Of a stretch of DNA of 31,320 nt, positions 31,136 through 31,320 are shown one piece after another. The notes under the pieces were generated by a model. That model was not told the origin of the DNA and made no database searches. It saw only the letters and a list, made by a program, of their open reading frames with translations. Within the stretch, counting starts at the first letter, position 1. Every line of letters starts with the position of its first letter. Where the stretch lies: the NCBI GenBank assembly GCA_009602725.1, contig WELB01000018.1:617411-648730 (forward strand), read 5' to 3'. A program made the position numbers and the translations under genes. The DNA is from Spirogloea muscicola (Eukaryota).

Positions 31136-31320
31136 CGCGGCTCGAACCTCAATCGCTCGATTCTTACAACGCGCTCGCAGAAGCCGCGGCGAGGCAGACC
31201 GGGCCTCCAGGCCGATGGCGGGGCGGGCCCGGCTCGCTCCGCCGGAAGGCTGGGGCCGGCAGCCCGCCGCGGCCCGTCACGGCGAGCCCGTTGGCCCGTG
31301 GCTAGATTGGCGGCGGCGGC

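Noticed and set aside
1..31320. tRNA or rRNA genes, prokaryotic operons, contamination
   Set aside because: No cloverleaf or rRNA signatures were noticed, and all intact genes have spliceosomal introns.

Overview
GC-rich eukaryotic genomic DNA with spliceosomal introns and three single-N assembly joins (4631, 17120, 20630). The gene content (an intron-rich GRAS gene, a plastid S1-domain protein) suggests a streptophyte alga, probably a zygnematophyte; this is inference. I reconstructed these spliced genes by hand: GRAS transcription factor (-, 581-3823, 8 exons); last two exons of MEMO1 (+, 4017-4624); SDP/At1g12800-like S1 RNA-binding protein (-, 10017-13245, 5' end not found); IscA2-like Fe-S assembly protein (+, 17121-18485); two tandem DJ-1/PfpI (Hsp31-like) paralogues (+, 20643-22523 and 25859-28153); and a UPF0643-like gene (-, 30026-31135). 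Intergenic DNA is packed with retroelement debris: many 3' ends of an RLE-type (CRE-like) non-LTR retrotransposon ending in ...LTRGY* plus a conserved 3' stem-loop, Ty3/Gypsy integrase pieces (one with a PHD finger, PPT and LTR), and a C5 DNA-methyltransferase fragment duplicated as a ~400-bp fold-back. The most interesting signals are a probable DNMT/PHD-carrying retrotransposon family, repeated fold-back or microhomology inversions, LINE 3' ends piled around GC-rich ACGT-motif islands, and a neighbourhood of microbial-type genes. No database searches were run; family assignments come from motif recognition.
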